The translations under genes were made by a program, and so were the position numbers. Positions 8,788-17,637 of a DNA stretch of 64,000 nt are shown here, one piece after another (within the stretch, counting starts at the first letter, position 1; the number at the start of each line of letters is the position of its first letter). This stretch comes from a virus. The stretch lies in IMG/VR virus record IMGVR_UViG_3300027608_000028, positions 6,306 through 70,305 of that record; one strand, given 5' to 3'. The notes below the pieces were generated by a model, which searched no databases, was not told where the DNA came from, and saw nothing but the letters and a program-made list of their open reading frames with translations.

Positions 8788-9137
8788 TCTTCGACTCCAA
8801 AATGTTTTGCAATTGCATAGCCGACCCAAGATATACCTAGTTTTTCTGCATCATCCTCGCACACTTCATCTACTTTATCAACCTGTGCTAGACATTCTTG
8901 CACAATCAACTTGGCGAATTCTCTATAATCAAAATCACGCAACCCTTCATGATCACTACCGTAAGGAGCAATCAGGCCAGCTTGTATCGCAAGTTCTTTA
9001 ATTCGCATTTGACCCAACGATTGATTGCGGCCTTTAACAAATTCGTCATACTTTTCTTTAGTGCCTATACTATAGCCGCCGTCGCCAGCGTGGATGTCTG
9101 CACCTGCTTTAATAGTTGCTTTAATAGTTTCGTTCAT
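8784..9137 (-). CDS. Fusion of an unrelated N-terminal module to an 'RIKELA...HFGVEE' family domain
   Basis: MNETIKA...QMRIKELAIQAG...EFAKLIVQEC...IAKHFGVEE. Confidence 0.8.
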   Translation of the reverse strand: MNETIKATIKAGADIHAGDGGYSIGTKEKYDEFVKGRNQSLGQMRIKELAIQAGLIAPYGSDHEGLRDFDYREFAKLIVQECLAQVDKVDEVCEDDAEKLGISWVGYAIAKHFGVEE

Positions 9138-9529
9138 CTGGATAATTCTCTGAGCACTCGATAAGTATTCCATGCTTCTTTAACTGCAACATTAGTTACA
9201 GAATCGCCGTCTGATGGAATTACGTCAAGCCAGACTTCGCGACTACGATGAGCACCGGCGCCAAATTTACGTGGTTGATGCAATTTGCCGTCATCCCATA
9301 GCATAATACTTACACTACGGAACTTAGATTCATCTTCTTCGGGGTAGTCATACCACTCGGGGTTACTGAGGCCATGGCGCCCACGATAGCCTTGCCAAAT
9401 GCCACTCCACTGCTCGTCGTCGTGCGGATCGAAATCCGTGCGACTAATAACTACAAGGACATCGTCAATGCTTACTGTGCCGTCAACGATGTCCCTGACA
9501 CATCGACTATAGCTTTGGCCGACCTTCAT
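9134..9529 (-). CDS. Hypothetical phage protein
   Basis: 131-aa ORF, coupled to neighbours. Confidence 0.75.
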   Translation of the reverse strand: MKVGQSYSRCVRDIVDGTVSIDDVLVVISRTDFDPHDDEQWSGIWQGYRGRHGLSNPEWYDYPEEDESKFRSVSIMLWDDGKLHQPRKFGAGAHRSREVWLDVIPSDGDSVTNVAVKEAWNTYRVLRELSR

Positions 9530-9530
9530 G

Positions 9531-9746
9531 TTAGGCCGCTTTGCTAGTCAGCTCTACTACTCGGTACACGGCCGAGCTACTACGGTACAACCAACTTGCG
9601 TCGATCTCCGCGTCTTTGCGGTCCTCATAAACACAACCGGGTTCAGCACCTGCATACGCACATGCAGGACCTTTATAGGCATCTTCTGCCACATAAACCG
9701 CATTGTGCGGTTGCTTTGTTTCTTTATAAATGATAAACATTATCAT
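9531..9746 (-). CDS. Hypothetical protein
   Basis: AAGGAAC SD upstream. Confidence 0.7.
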   Translation of the reverse strand: MIMFIIYKETKQPHNAVYVAEDAYKGPACAYAGAEPGCVYEDRKDAEIDASWLYRSSSAVYRVVELTSKAA

Positions 9747-9810
9747 GTTCCTTTTCTTAAATTAAAATAAAACTGTACTATTTCGAAAACCTTATTGTTT
9801 TTCTAATACT

Positions 9811-10491
9811 TCATTGCGCCTCCGAGAGTAGTTTAACATAATTTAAGTAAGTAGTTTTAAATCCATCTCTACTAACTTTTCGATCTTTAACACGGCACCG
9901 AATTTTTACATTTTTGCCGATATATGTAATTGGATCTGTTTTCATATAAAATCCAACTAAATTATTTTCCACAGTTTTTGCTGTCACCGTCCAACAATTA
10001 TACAACGGAAGCAAGGTACTTGTCAATATGTTGATGTCCAAAAGAAAGGTTGCTTTAGTCAAAGCCGTTGTAGAAATGTATTCGCTTCGGTTTCCCACAC
10101 TTGAGATATTGTCGCGATCTTTTTCTCTTTTTATATCTGTGTTATACACTTTGCCGAGACTTGCAACGATACCGAATTCAAATCTAGACAATTCATCTTT
10201 AACAATAAGTTGTGATATTGCTGTTTCAAAATTGTTAAGCCGATTTGTTATACCTTTAAACAAGATACCTTTAAAATGTTCATACATTTCATTTCCAATA
10301 GAAATGTCATCGGCATTAAATTCAATGTCGGACTGCAATGCAGTTTGCATTATGTCTTTATTGAGAATTTTTGATTTTTGTGTAGCCGGATCTTGTTCGT
10401 ATCCGTTAACATAACCATTATTAATCCTATATGCCATAGCACTGGCAATGAATACGTTAACGGTCGGGTACTTGGGTTTCTTTGTGGCCAT
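9811..10491 (-). CDS. Hypothetical protein, possible C-terminal OB-fold-like region
   Basis: Ends 'VKIRCRVKD...TTYLNYVK'; the fold is inferred. Confidence 0.7.
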   Translation of the reverse strand: MATKKPKYPTVNVFIASAMAYRINNGYVNGYEQDPATQKSKILNKDIMQTALQSDIEFNADDISIGNEMYEHFKGILFKGITNRLNNFETAISQLIVKDELSRFEFGIVASLGKVYNTDIKREKDRDNISSVGNRSEYISTTALTKATFLLDINILTSTLLPLYNCWTVTAKTVENNLVGFYMKTDPITYIGKNVKIRCRVKDRKVSRDGFKTTYLNYVKLLSEAQ

Positions 10492-10693
10492 CTGTTTCAA
10501 TCTCTGTTAGTAGTCTGAAAATTCTTGCGTTACTGTACCATATGCTAGTGAGATCACAAGTTAAAGTTAATGCTATTACTATCCAAAAACCTGGATGGGT
10601 TAATTGAATTCCGATTTGATGTAGAGTATACCCGATGGCTATGTAAGCAAGGCCTTTTATTGCTAGCCATAGCATTTCTTGTAATAGTGTCAT
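10457..10693 (-). CDS. Small two-TM membrane protein
   Basis: Two hydrophobic segments. Confidence 0.65.
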   Translation of the reverse strand: MTLLQEMLWLAIKGLAYIAIGYTLHQIGIQLTHPGFWIVIALTLTCDLTSIWYSNARIFRLLTEIETDGHKETQVPDR

Positions 10694-10742
10694 TCATATA
10701 TTTACCCATATTAATTAATTCTTTTATTGCGATGCAATTTAA

Positions 10743-11021
10743 TTACATGCTCCAATAAGTTTCACTAGCAGGATTGCAACACCAAGGAGTGTCTGCATCG
10801 ATTTCTACAGGCTTACCCGACATCAAATTCTTTACAGTAATTTTAGGTGCGGTGTAGGTAGCACGGTCCACAATGTTCAGTTGGTTTTCTGTCCAACCTG
10901 CTTTGTTGCACAAACGAGTTCTAGTGGCCTTTGCGGCACCAAAAGTTTTGTAAGCACGGGTCTTGTTAGGACCATCTGTTACGATAAGACCAGTACCTTT
11001 TGCAACGATTACATAACTCAT
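10743..11021 (-). CDS. Hypothetical early protein
   Basis: Own promoter and SD; ends 'DTPWCCNPASETYWSM'. Confidence 0.8.
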   Translation of the reverse strand: MSYVIVAKGTGLIVTDGPNKTRAYKTFGAAKATRTRLCNKAGWTENQLNIVDRATYTAPKITVKNLMSGKPVEIDADTPWCCNPASETYWSM

Positions 11022-11078
11022 TGTGAATTCCTTTTGTTTCTAAGTATTAATTATAACACCAAAACCAATTTATGTCAA

Positions 11079-11471
11079 TTAAATTGATTCAACGGTGTAA
11101 GGCTTATTCCACTTGCCAATATTAACGTCAACATACCAACCCACATCAAAGTAGTCAGTTTGGATATCACTGTTATCGTGATTACCGTTATTCATAGCAG
11201 GGATAACTTCGCTTAAGAAGTTTTTGGCATTGCCAACAAAATGACTTTTGTAGTGATAAGGGTTAACTTGAATGCCGAACTTTTTAGCATCAGCTCGGGA
11301 TTCCGGAGTGTCACCGTAATCAGTAATAAAGTCAATTTTGCCGGACTTGACATTTAGCACAAGAGTCATATGATTGCGAACTGCAATACTGGCCTTGACA
11401 CCATACTTTTTACAGATAGCCTTGATCTTAGGCGTCAGCTTTGACTTCAAATCCTGGGAAACGTATGCCAT
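11079..11471 (-). CDS. Hypothetical early protein (LPD29-like)
   Basis: 'NHDNSDIQTDYFDVGWYVDVNIG' motif; family assignment from memory. Confidence 0.7.
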   Translation of the reverse strand: MAYVSQDLKSKLTPKIKAICKKYGVKASIAVRNHMTLVLNVKSGKIDFITDYGDTPESRADAKKFGIQVNPYHYKSHFVGNAKNFLSEVIPAMNNGNHDNSDIQTDYFDVGWYVDVNIGKWNKPYTVESI

Positions 11472-11538
11472 CTTTAACTCCTATTTGTTGCTGTCTATGT
11501 GTATATTATACAATTAATTGGATTTATTGTCAACCAAT

Positions 11539-11865
11539 TTAATGGCTGTTCAATGCTGGATTATGCTTGCGAATCAATTCACGTTCCCTAGCATGGGCTG
11601 GCTTGCGGCCACGTAGGATTTCTACAAGACCGTAAGTATGAGCCAATGTGCCATGTTCACGAATTGACTTGCACAATTCCCAATCTTTGTTTTCTGTCAA
11701 TGCACGACGAACGTGTTTTTGAATACGTACTTTCAATGATTTCTGTACTGTGTCTGACACCACAGTAATGCCAATATACTGTTGTTTTGTTACAACATTC
11801 GTGATTACGTAGACTGCATGTTTGCGGTCCTGACGTCTTTTGCGGTATACTTTTTTACTGTCCAT
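11539..11865 (-). CDS. GIY-YIG nuclease-like protein
   Basis: 'AVYVITN...QYIGIT...RIQKH...ERELI...LN'. ATG lies 6 nt after the -10 box. Confidence 0.75.
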   Translation of the reverse strand: MDSKKVYRKRRQDRKHAVYVITNVVTKQQYIGITVVSDTVQKSLKVRIQKHVRRALTENKDWELCKSIREHGTLAHTYGLVEILRGRKPAHARERELIRKHNPALNSH

Positions 11866-11918
11866 GAGTATATTATACAATTAATCCAATTAATTGTCAA
11901 CCAAAAAAACTGTTGTTT

Positions 11919-12290
11919 TTATGCAACAGATTCAGTATGCTTGCAATTACGGCGATAAGTGTACCCGGGACAACTGCATGATAAAGTACTACCTTTTAAA
12001 GTTACTGTATAAGTATTACCTTTTGACCCTGCAATAGTCCATACTTTTGATGGGTTATCGGCTAGTACTTCAGTATTAGTTATTTCGGGCTCTAAATTGT
12101 AGTTAAAAGTATTAGCTACTTCTTCAAATTTTCTTCCCCTTGTCCCAAACCCAAAGGGCTTTGAAAACGTAAAAACAAAGTCGGTCCCATGCCTTACGTA
12201 CCCGTATGCTTTGCTTTTATCGTCCGACAGCAAGTATACGTGATTGGGAACAGAATCGGCCCACTTAGTTGTCTCTAGGTAAAATTTCAT
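11919..12290 (-). CDS. SWIM zinc-finger protein
   Basis: 'GSKGNTYTV...CSCPGYTYRRNCKH'. Confidence 0.85.
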   Translation of the reverse strand: MKFYLETTKWADSVPNHVYLLSDDKSKAYGYVRHGTDFVFTFSKPFGFGTRGRKFEEVANTFNYNLEPEITNTEVLADNPSKVWTIAGSKGNTYTVTLKGSTLSCSCPGYTYRRNCKHTESVA

Positions 12291-12329
12291 AGTATCCACA
12301 TTATACAATTAATTGGATTTACTGTCAAC

Positions 12330-12932
12330 CTACATAGTGGGGCCGTTTCCGTTCTTGAATCCTACACTTCCGCCTTCTGCTTCAATACGTGCTATAACGT
12401 CTTCAAACAAAATAGGTGCAAAGTCAGTTTGTTCAACACAAACGCAATGGTAACGTGGATCAATTTCATCACTGTACAAAATTTCTCCTGTACGTGCATC
12501 TACACCACGAGCTTTACGCACACGATTTGCGTGAGTATGTCCGTGAATGTTAGTACCAAAACGACCCATGCTATCACTGTGTAACGGAATATGACTTAAT
12601 ATCATTCCATTCATCACGTGGTATGCACGTAATTCACGGAAGTACATTCGGTACTCATCATCACGAAAGATGTCATGGTTACCACGAATCAAAACTTTGT
12701 CGCCGTTTAAGCGGCCTAATGTCTTTAAGGACTTGCGGTTAATAACTGCATCGCCTAAATGGTACACTTTATCTGTGGGCTTGACCTTGGCGTTCCATTT
12801 TGCAATCATATCTTCGTCCATTTCTTCGGGCGTGTCGTATGGTCGTAATTTGGTTACCCCGTCGTTACGGGTAAACTTACAGACACCCATGTGTCCAAAG
12901 TGTGTGTCACTGACTAAAAATACTGAGGGCAT
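12330..12932 (-). CDS. Calcineurin-like metallophosphoesterase
   Basis: DTHFGH, HLGD, GNHD, SHIP and HGHTH motifs. Confidence 0.92.
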   Translation of the reverse strand: MPSVFLVSDTHFGHMGVCKFTRNDGVTKLRPYDTPEEMDEDMIAKWNAKVKPTDKVYHLGDAVINRKSLKTLGRLNGDKVLIRGNHDIFRDDEYRMYFRELRAYHVMNGMILSHIPLHSDSMGRFGTNIHGHTHANRVRKARGVDARTGEILYSDEIDPRYHCVCVEQTDFAPILFEDVIARIEAEGGSVGFKNGNGPTM

Positions 12933-12933
12933 A

Positions 12934-13122
12934 TTATTTCCTTCCAATTCTTTCTGCAATTTTCAGTTTGACCCACTCAAGATGTTCGTTAAACATCTTA
13001 GGGCCATTCGGGTAATTAATTACTGCTAACTCAAACTGAGTACGGATAGCAATCAATTCTGTCATAGACTTTTTAGCATATTCTGCTTCTTGGTCATACT
13101 GATTTCCATTGTTGTAAGCCAT
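12934..13122 (-). CDS. Hypothetical protein
   Basis: AAGGAG SD; 62 aa. Confidence 0.7.
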   Translation of the reverse strand: MAYNNGNQYDQEAEYAKKSMTELIAIRTQFELAVINYPNGPKMFNEHLEWVKLKIAERIGRK

Positions 13123-13137
13123 ACCATACTCCTTTCT

Positions 13138-13311
13138 TTAATAAGTTTCTTTTACAATATTATACTCTTCGACTGGCCACGTGGCCTTGAACTCGTCCGA
13201 CTTAACATATTCATTATATGCTTTGGCATCAAAAAACATCCTGTGAAACTCTGTTTTCATTGAACCAATTTTGGTTACTGTTAAGTAAATTGATTTTGCT
13301 TTGCCAGCCAT
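13138..13311 (-). CDS. 57-aa hypothetical protein
   Basis: MAGKAKSIYLTVTK...NIVKETY, downstream of promoter 13339-13367 with an AAGG SD. Confidence 0.7.
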   Translation of the reverse strand: MAGKAKSIYLTVTKIGSMKTEFHRMFFDAKAYNEYVKSDEFKATWPVEEYNIVKETY

Positions 13312-13363
13312 ATGATACCTTTTATTGTTTAATGTGATATTATAACATCACTTTGCCATAATG

Positions 13364-13846
13364 TCAAACGTACCAAATTTCTTTAAAGCCTTCTAATAGA
13401 GTTGGTTCTTCCCAATTTGCAATCATATCGTCAATGACTATTTTTGGAATATGCTTGCCGGGACGGCTAGCCAAACGCACATCCAACTCGCTACGTTCCG
13501 GAGTCCGGAATACAACGGCGATATGCTCGTAGTTCAATGACTCTGGTAATGCGTTAAACTTTCGAGCACGACTTTTAACAGTAGTGCTAGTCTGATCCCA
13601 AACAATATCCAATTGCAAGGCCGCGGCCATGTTAACATTAACCATCATTTGTTTGACCGCGGTGGGCATGTATTCTTCAAAGACTTCACTGTAGGTTTTG
13701 CCCTGATCCTCAGCATATCCTTCAACATGCTGGTCAGTACTAACATACTTGTGATCCTTTTTATCCTCGCCCAGCCAGCCCTGATTTTTATACCAAGTAC
13801 TTTTGCCAGCGGCAGGAACTCCAATTAGTTGATAACACTTTGGCAC
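13364..13846 (-). CDS. P-loop kinase (AAA_33 / polynucleotide-kinase-like)
   Basis: Walker A 'GVPAAGKST', 'VSTD', 'VWDQT...R'. Confidence 0.85.
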   Translation of the reverse strand: MPKCYQLIGVPAAGKSTWYKNQGWLGEDKKDHKYVSTDQHVEGYAEDQGKTYSEVFEEYMPTAVKQMMVNVNMAAALQLDIVWDQTSTTVKSRARKFNALPESLNYEHIAVVFRTPERSELDVRLASRPGKHIPKIVIDDMIANWEEPTLLEGFKEIWYV

Positions 13847-13902
13847 AACAATCCTTTAAATGAATTGCTATTATATAATTAAATGAATTAATTGTCAACC
13901 AA

Positions 13903-16179
13903 TTATTTTTTGCCCAATATACGGCGTGGGTATATGGCTCCTGACGCAGTAACCTGCGGCCAATATGCAGTATTGGCATCCGGCTGTCTAGTCACTCTCA
14001 ATGAAATATTTCTAGTAGAATTTGGCCAAAGAACTCCGGTAGTATTACGCTCGTACTTGTATGTTTGATAAAATTTCTGACTACCCCATAATGCATTTCT
14101 GTAATTTGCAGAAGTAACCGGTGTAGTGTCTTCCATTGCTATGGTGGCAGTGGTTTGTAGATACTTCTTCAATTCATAATTAGTCCAATGTGGATACTGT
14201 TCTAAGATACAGGCCGACATACCGCAGACCATTGGACCTGCCATACTCGTTCCGCTTAACTTGTTAAGATAGAAAGCCGAGTTCCTTGGATCTGGAACCG
14301 CCGGTGTCACATAAGATGCATTTAAAAACGCACCCATTATCATACTGCCTGGACCCCATATATCTACGCCTGGACCAGTATCACTATAGTATGCTTTCTT
14401 TTCCAATGATCCGTGATCAATTGCGCCGATACAAACTCTAGTAGAATCAGTGCCAGCCGAATTAGGACTAGATCCTTGTTCATAATATATGTCTTGTCCG
14501 CCAATTGTAACAGTATTATTATAATCAGGGCCCGACACTAAATCGTGTCTCCACCCATTATTACCGGCACTGCCCATTGTTATTATGCCTTCTGCCATGG
14601 CATCTTCATAGTCGACATCAACGCTTATTACTTTGGCAGGAAAATTCTGACCTGTTATAAAATGCCAATTAAACAATTCAGCGGAAGTAAATCCAGAAGT
14701 ATTTGATTGTACCTTGGCATTGATTCCTACCTTTAAATCTATTCGTGTGGGGAAATTTTTATAAAAAGTATATTCGTATATTTGATTCGGTGATCCAGTT
14801 GTCCCGGACCAACTACTAGTACCCTCGATATATATTCTATATGTTCTATCATTACTAGAACCTTCTTGTCCGTAATATATTCTTTGAACACTATTATCGC
14901 CTGCGGTTAACATTATCTTCGGACCAGCTGGATTTGACGGAGAAAGATTAGTATATACCGTACTACCACTGCCAAAAGTAAGATACCCATTTGTTCCTAC
15001 ATATACTGATGTTTGGCCTGCGCCTAGAAAACTTATAATAAATGGTAAATCTATTCTCCAGTAACCATCATCATTATTGCCTACCGTAGGAGCAGTAGAA
15101 AAATATTGTAATCCTGCAGGACTACTTGGTAGATTATTATCAGTAAGAGCTTGCACTTGTATGCTGGCTCCGTCGCTGGTAATTGTTTGGCCGCTGTTAA
15201 TAAACGATACTAATTCTGCAGACGGAGTACCGGTATTTCCGTATACTCCACTAACGCCAGTCGGTGCTGGAGGACCTGTAACAGGAGTATATGTTGTTCC
15301 CCTGTATATAACTCTACTGATCTGTGATGCACTACCACCGCCGCTATAATATCCCCAACTGTTATTAACAATAGTAGGATTTTTTCTTCCTGTTTCTGGA
15401 TTAATAGGTTTATACTTATGAAACATCCTGACATAATCCATTGGTTCGTCAACTGTTGTGAAATCTAAATTGTATATATTTGCATCGCGGGCCCAGCCCA
15501 TTGTATTGCCTGCTACTGTCGACGATGTATGCGTTGAATGTCCAGAACCCTGATATGCATAATTATATGTTGAATTGGCGCCGCGGCCAATTTCTGCATT
15601 ATGTTGAAACCAATTATACCTAACTATTCTGGTGCCGCCTGTGCCGTCGGGATTCTTAGCAAATTCGGGGTGAGCTGAGTCAGGGTGACCTTCGTCGATT
15701 ATAATCACATCAACATTTCTTCCTGAACTAGTAGTGTTCACAGTAGCAGTGACATTAGGATAATTAGCACTACCCCAAGCCGAAAGGCCTTGTGCTCCGT
15801 AATTTGTTCCATTAATTACTCTGAGCAAGCCCCATGGTTTCATATCATTGGTTGTTGTATCGCTTTTATTCCATTTAGTAGATGTCTGCGATGCAAGCCA
15901 ATTTAATTTTTTTATTAGTCCACGCAAGTTAGGAGCCAAATCAATATTCATTACTCTCGGATCCAACGCAAGTTTGGCCACTTCTACACTATTAAGCATA
16001 TAGTTCGTTGTCTTGCTGATTGATCGGCGGTTAACACATTCAACTATTCTATTAGGGCATACTCTATGCAACCCAGTTGTTAGTTGTTCCATGTCCTTAT
16101 AAAACTGATCAAGGTCAGTTTTATCGTTGAGGGTAACTTCGTATTCTTCTAATATTTCGTGTGGTTGTAATTCAGACAT
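13903..16179 (-). CDS. Subtilisin-family (S8) serine protease with an inserted domain
   Basis: Catalytic motifs 'VDVIIIDEG', 'HSTHTSSTVAG', 'SAGN' and 'SGTSMAGP'; N-terminal propeptide. Confidence 0.92.
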   Translation of the reverse strand: MSELQPHEILEEYEVTLNDKTDLDQFYKDMEQLTTGLHRVCPNRIVECVNRRSISKTTNYMLNSVEVAKLALDPRVMNIDLAPNLRGLIKKLNWLASQTSTKWNKSDTTTNDMKPWGLLRVINGTNYGAQGLSAWGSANYPNVTATVNTTSSGRNVDVIIIDEGHPDSAHPEFAKNPDGTGGTRIVRYNWFQHNAEIGRGANSTYNYAYQGSGHSTHTSSTVAGNTMGWARDANIYNLDFTTVDEPMDYVRMFHKYKPINPETGRKNPTIVNNSWGYYSGGGSASQISRVIYRGTTYTPVTGPPAPTGVSGVYGNTGTPSAELVSFINSGQTITSDGASIQVQALTDNNLPSSPAGLQYFSTAPTVGNNDDGYWRIDLPFIISFLGAGQTSVYVGTNGYLTFGSGSTVYTNLSPSNPAGPKIMLTAGDNSVQRIYYGQEGSSNDRTYRIYIEGTSSWSGTTGSPNQIYEYTFYKNFPTRIDLKVGINAKVQSNTSGFTSAELFNWHFITGQNFPAKVISVDVDYEDAMAEGIITMGSAGNNGWRHDLVSGPDYNNTVTIGGQDIYYEQGSSPNSAGTDSTRVCIGAIDHGSLEKKAYYSDTGPGVDIWGPGSMIMGAFLNASYVTPAVPDPRNSAFYLNKLSGTSMAGPMVCGMSACILEQYPHWTNYELKKYLQTTATIAMEDTTPVTSANYRNALWGSQKFYQTYKYERNTTGVLWPNSTRNISLRVTRQPDANTAYWPQVTASGAIYPRRILGKK

Positions 16180-16180
16180 G

Positions 16181-17593
16181 TTATGCTTCAGTTTGTAGTA
16201 AAGTTAAAGTAACGGTAAAGGCCTGTGAGCCGTTTGTGTTTGTTAAATTTTGAACTGTAATATATGTATTACTAGATACCACAAGATCGTTATTATAACA
16301 GATAACTGCTGGACTAAAAGAAACAGTTTCGTTTATTGTAGTAGTAACTACTTCTGCTAATACGCCTGCGCTGGGACTTGGATCAGTTGATATCGATCTG
16401 CCTAGTAAATTCCATCCAAGTCTAGTTTGGTCAGCAGTAGTATCTATTGCCTGTGCCACGGCACTAGAATACATTCTTACCCATGCAGGATTACTAACTG
16501 TAATTTTATATAGATTAAATCCTTTAAATGCAGGTATGGTTATATTTGTCATGCCACCATTGGTAATGGCCGCTGATGTTCCGGAAACAGTGGTTCTTGA
16601 CGCCATTGATCCGCCGCCCCCACCACCTCCTGTTGCATCACTGCCATTGACCCATTGTGCTCCGTTGAATTTAATTACTTGTCCTACTACTGGCACAGAT
16701 ATAGTAACATCTGTTAATTGCTGTAATGTTGTTGATGTCTGCGGAGCAGTTGAAAAGGTTAGATTGCCAGTACCGTCTGTAACTATCATTTGGCCTGGGG
16801 TTCCACCTGTGACTTTTACTTTGGAAATTGCTCCCAATATTACATTACCACTAGGGCTTAGTGTAATATTGCCGCTAGGACTAACGGCCACAGCCGTTCC
16901 ACTTATAGTAACAGTACCGCTAGGATTAATCAATGTAGTGCCGTTTACTGCTATTGAAATGCCGCCGGGTGCGGCAGATCCGGACTTTAATGTCAATGCG
17001 CCATTGGGGATAATTGACATGGCGCCGCCACTGGCCAACGACATTGTTGTAGCTGAATTAACTGCTACAATACCCGTCGATGAAATATTTAAAACTGTGC
17101 CGCTATAATTTGTAAGAGTATTAACACCAAATTGTCCTAGTTTGTTTAACTGTGCCGCTACAATCGAGCTGTTACCACTTCTGACACCGAATTGCAATCC
17201 TCCGGATATATTACCGGTAGCAACGGAGCCATCGACTACTGCTTGGATAAAACTAACTGGTTGTGCAGTGATCCCATCATATCCTGCAAAGAGTATTTTT
17301 CCTAAGACATCACCTGACAAAACTGCGCCCGGGGCGGCGGCGGTACCACGAGTTCTAACTGCTGTTAATGTGTTTCCTGAAAGCTGATTAGTATGCGACT
17401 GTTGATAATAATAACCGTTACTTAATGTAGTATCGTATGTAGTTCTTATAATTTCTACTTTACCTGCTACTAATTTTAATGTAGATGTTATATTGCTCCA
17501 TGCCAATGCCGCATTAGATGCTACTATATCTGTACCTTGTACATTATAAAAAGGTATTCTGCCCGCCGCGCCTGCGCCAATAATATTTGCCAC
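16181..17593 (-). CDS. Putative virion fibre/structural protein
   Basis: G/S/T-rich beta repeats, 'GQMIVTDGTGNLTF', 'LQQLTDV...GQVIKFNGAQWVN', poly-Gly; TAAATA upstream (17614-17619). Confidence 0.7.
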   Translation of the reverse strand: MANIIGAGAAGRIPFYNVQGTDIVASNAALAWSNITSTLKLVAGKVEIIRTTYDTTLSNGYYYQQSHTNQLSGNTLTAVRTRGTAAAPGAVLSGDVLGKILFAGYDGITAQPVSFIQAVVDGSVATGNISGGLQFGVRSGNSSIVAAQLNKLGQFGVNTLTNYSGTVLNISSTGIVAVNSATTMSLASGGAMSIIPNGALTLKSGSAAPGGISIAVNGTTLINPSGTVTISGTAVAVSPSGNITLSPSGNVILGAISKVKVTGGTPGQMIVTDGTGNLTFSTAPQTSTTLQQLTDVTISVPVVGQVIKFNGAQWVNGSDATGGGGGGGSMASRTTVSGTSAAITNGGMTNITIPAFKGFNLYKITVSNPAWVRMYSSAVAQAIDTTADQTRLGWNLLGRSISTDPSPSAGVLAEVVTTTINETVSFSPAVICYNNDLVVSSNTYITVQNLTNTNGSQAFTVTLTLLQTEA

Positions 17594-17637
17594 TATAATT
17601 CTCCCGTATCCATTATTTATTGGATTTTGGGAGTAAA

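Larger units (their letters stand above)
6931..8808 (-). repeat. Dispersed ~30-bp gene-junction repeat, consensus AAACATTTCGGAGTTGAAGAATGAACGAACGAATT, 6 copies
   Basis: Copies at ~6932-6964, 7212-7244, 7424-7456, 7805-7833, 8109-8131 and 8781-8806. Confidence 0.9.
11050..13898 (-). promoter_or_regulatory. Six perfect sigma70 consensus promoters TTGACA-N17-TATAAT (early region)
   Basis: At 11050-11078, 11505-11533, 11872-11900, 12300-12328, 13339-13367 and 13870-13898. Confidence 0.92.

Noticed and set aside
6931-8808. Junction repeats as a CRISPR array or integron attC sites
   Set aside because: Spacing is 200-700 bp and coding, the repeats are non-palindromic and degenerate, and no cas or intI gene is in the window.
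11539-11865. GIY-YIG gene as an intron-borne homing endonuclease
   Set aside because: Free-standing with its own promoter, no interrupted host gene, and no DNA-binding extension.
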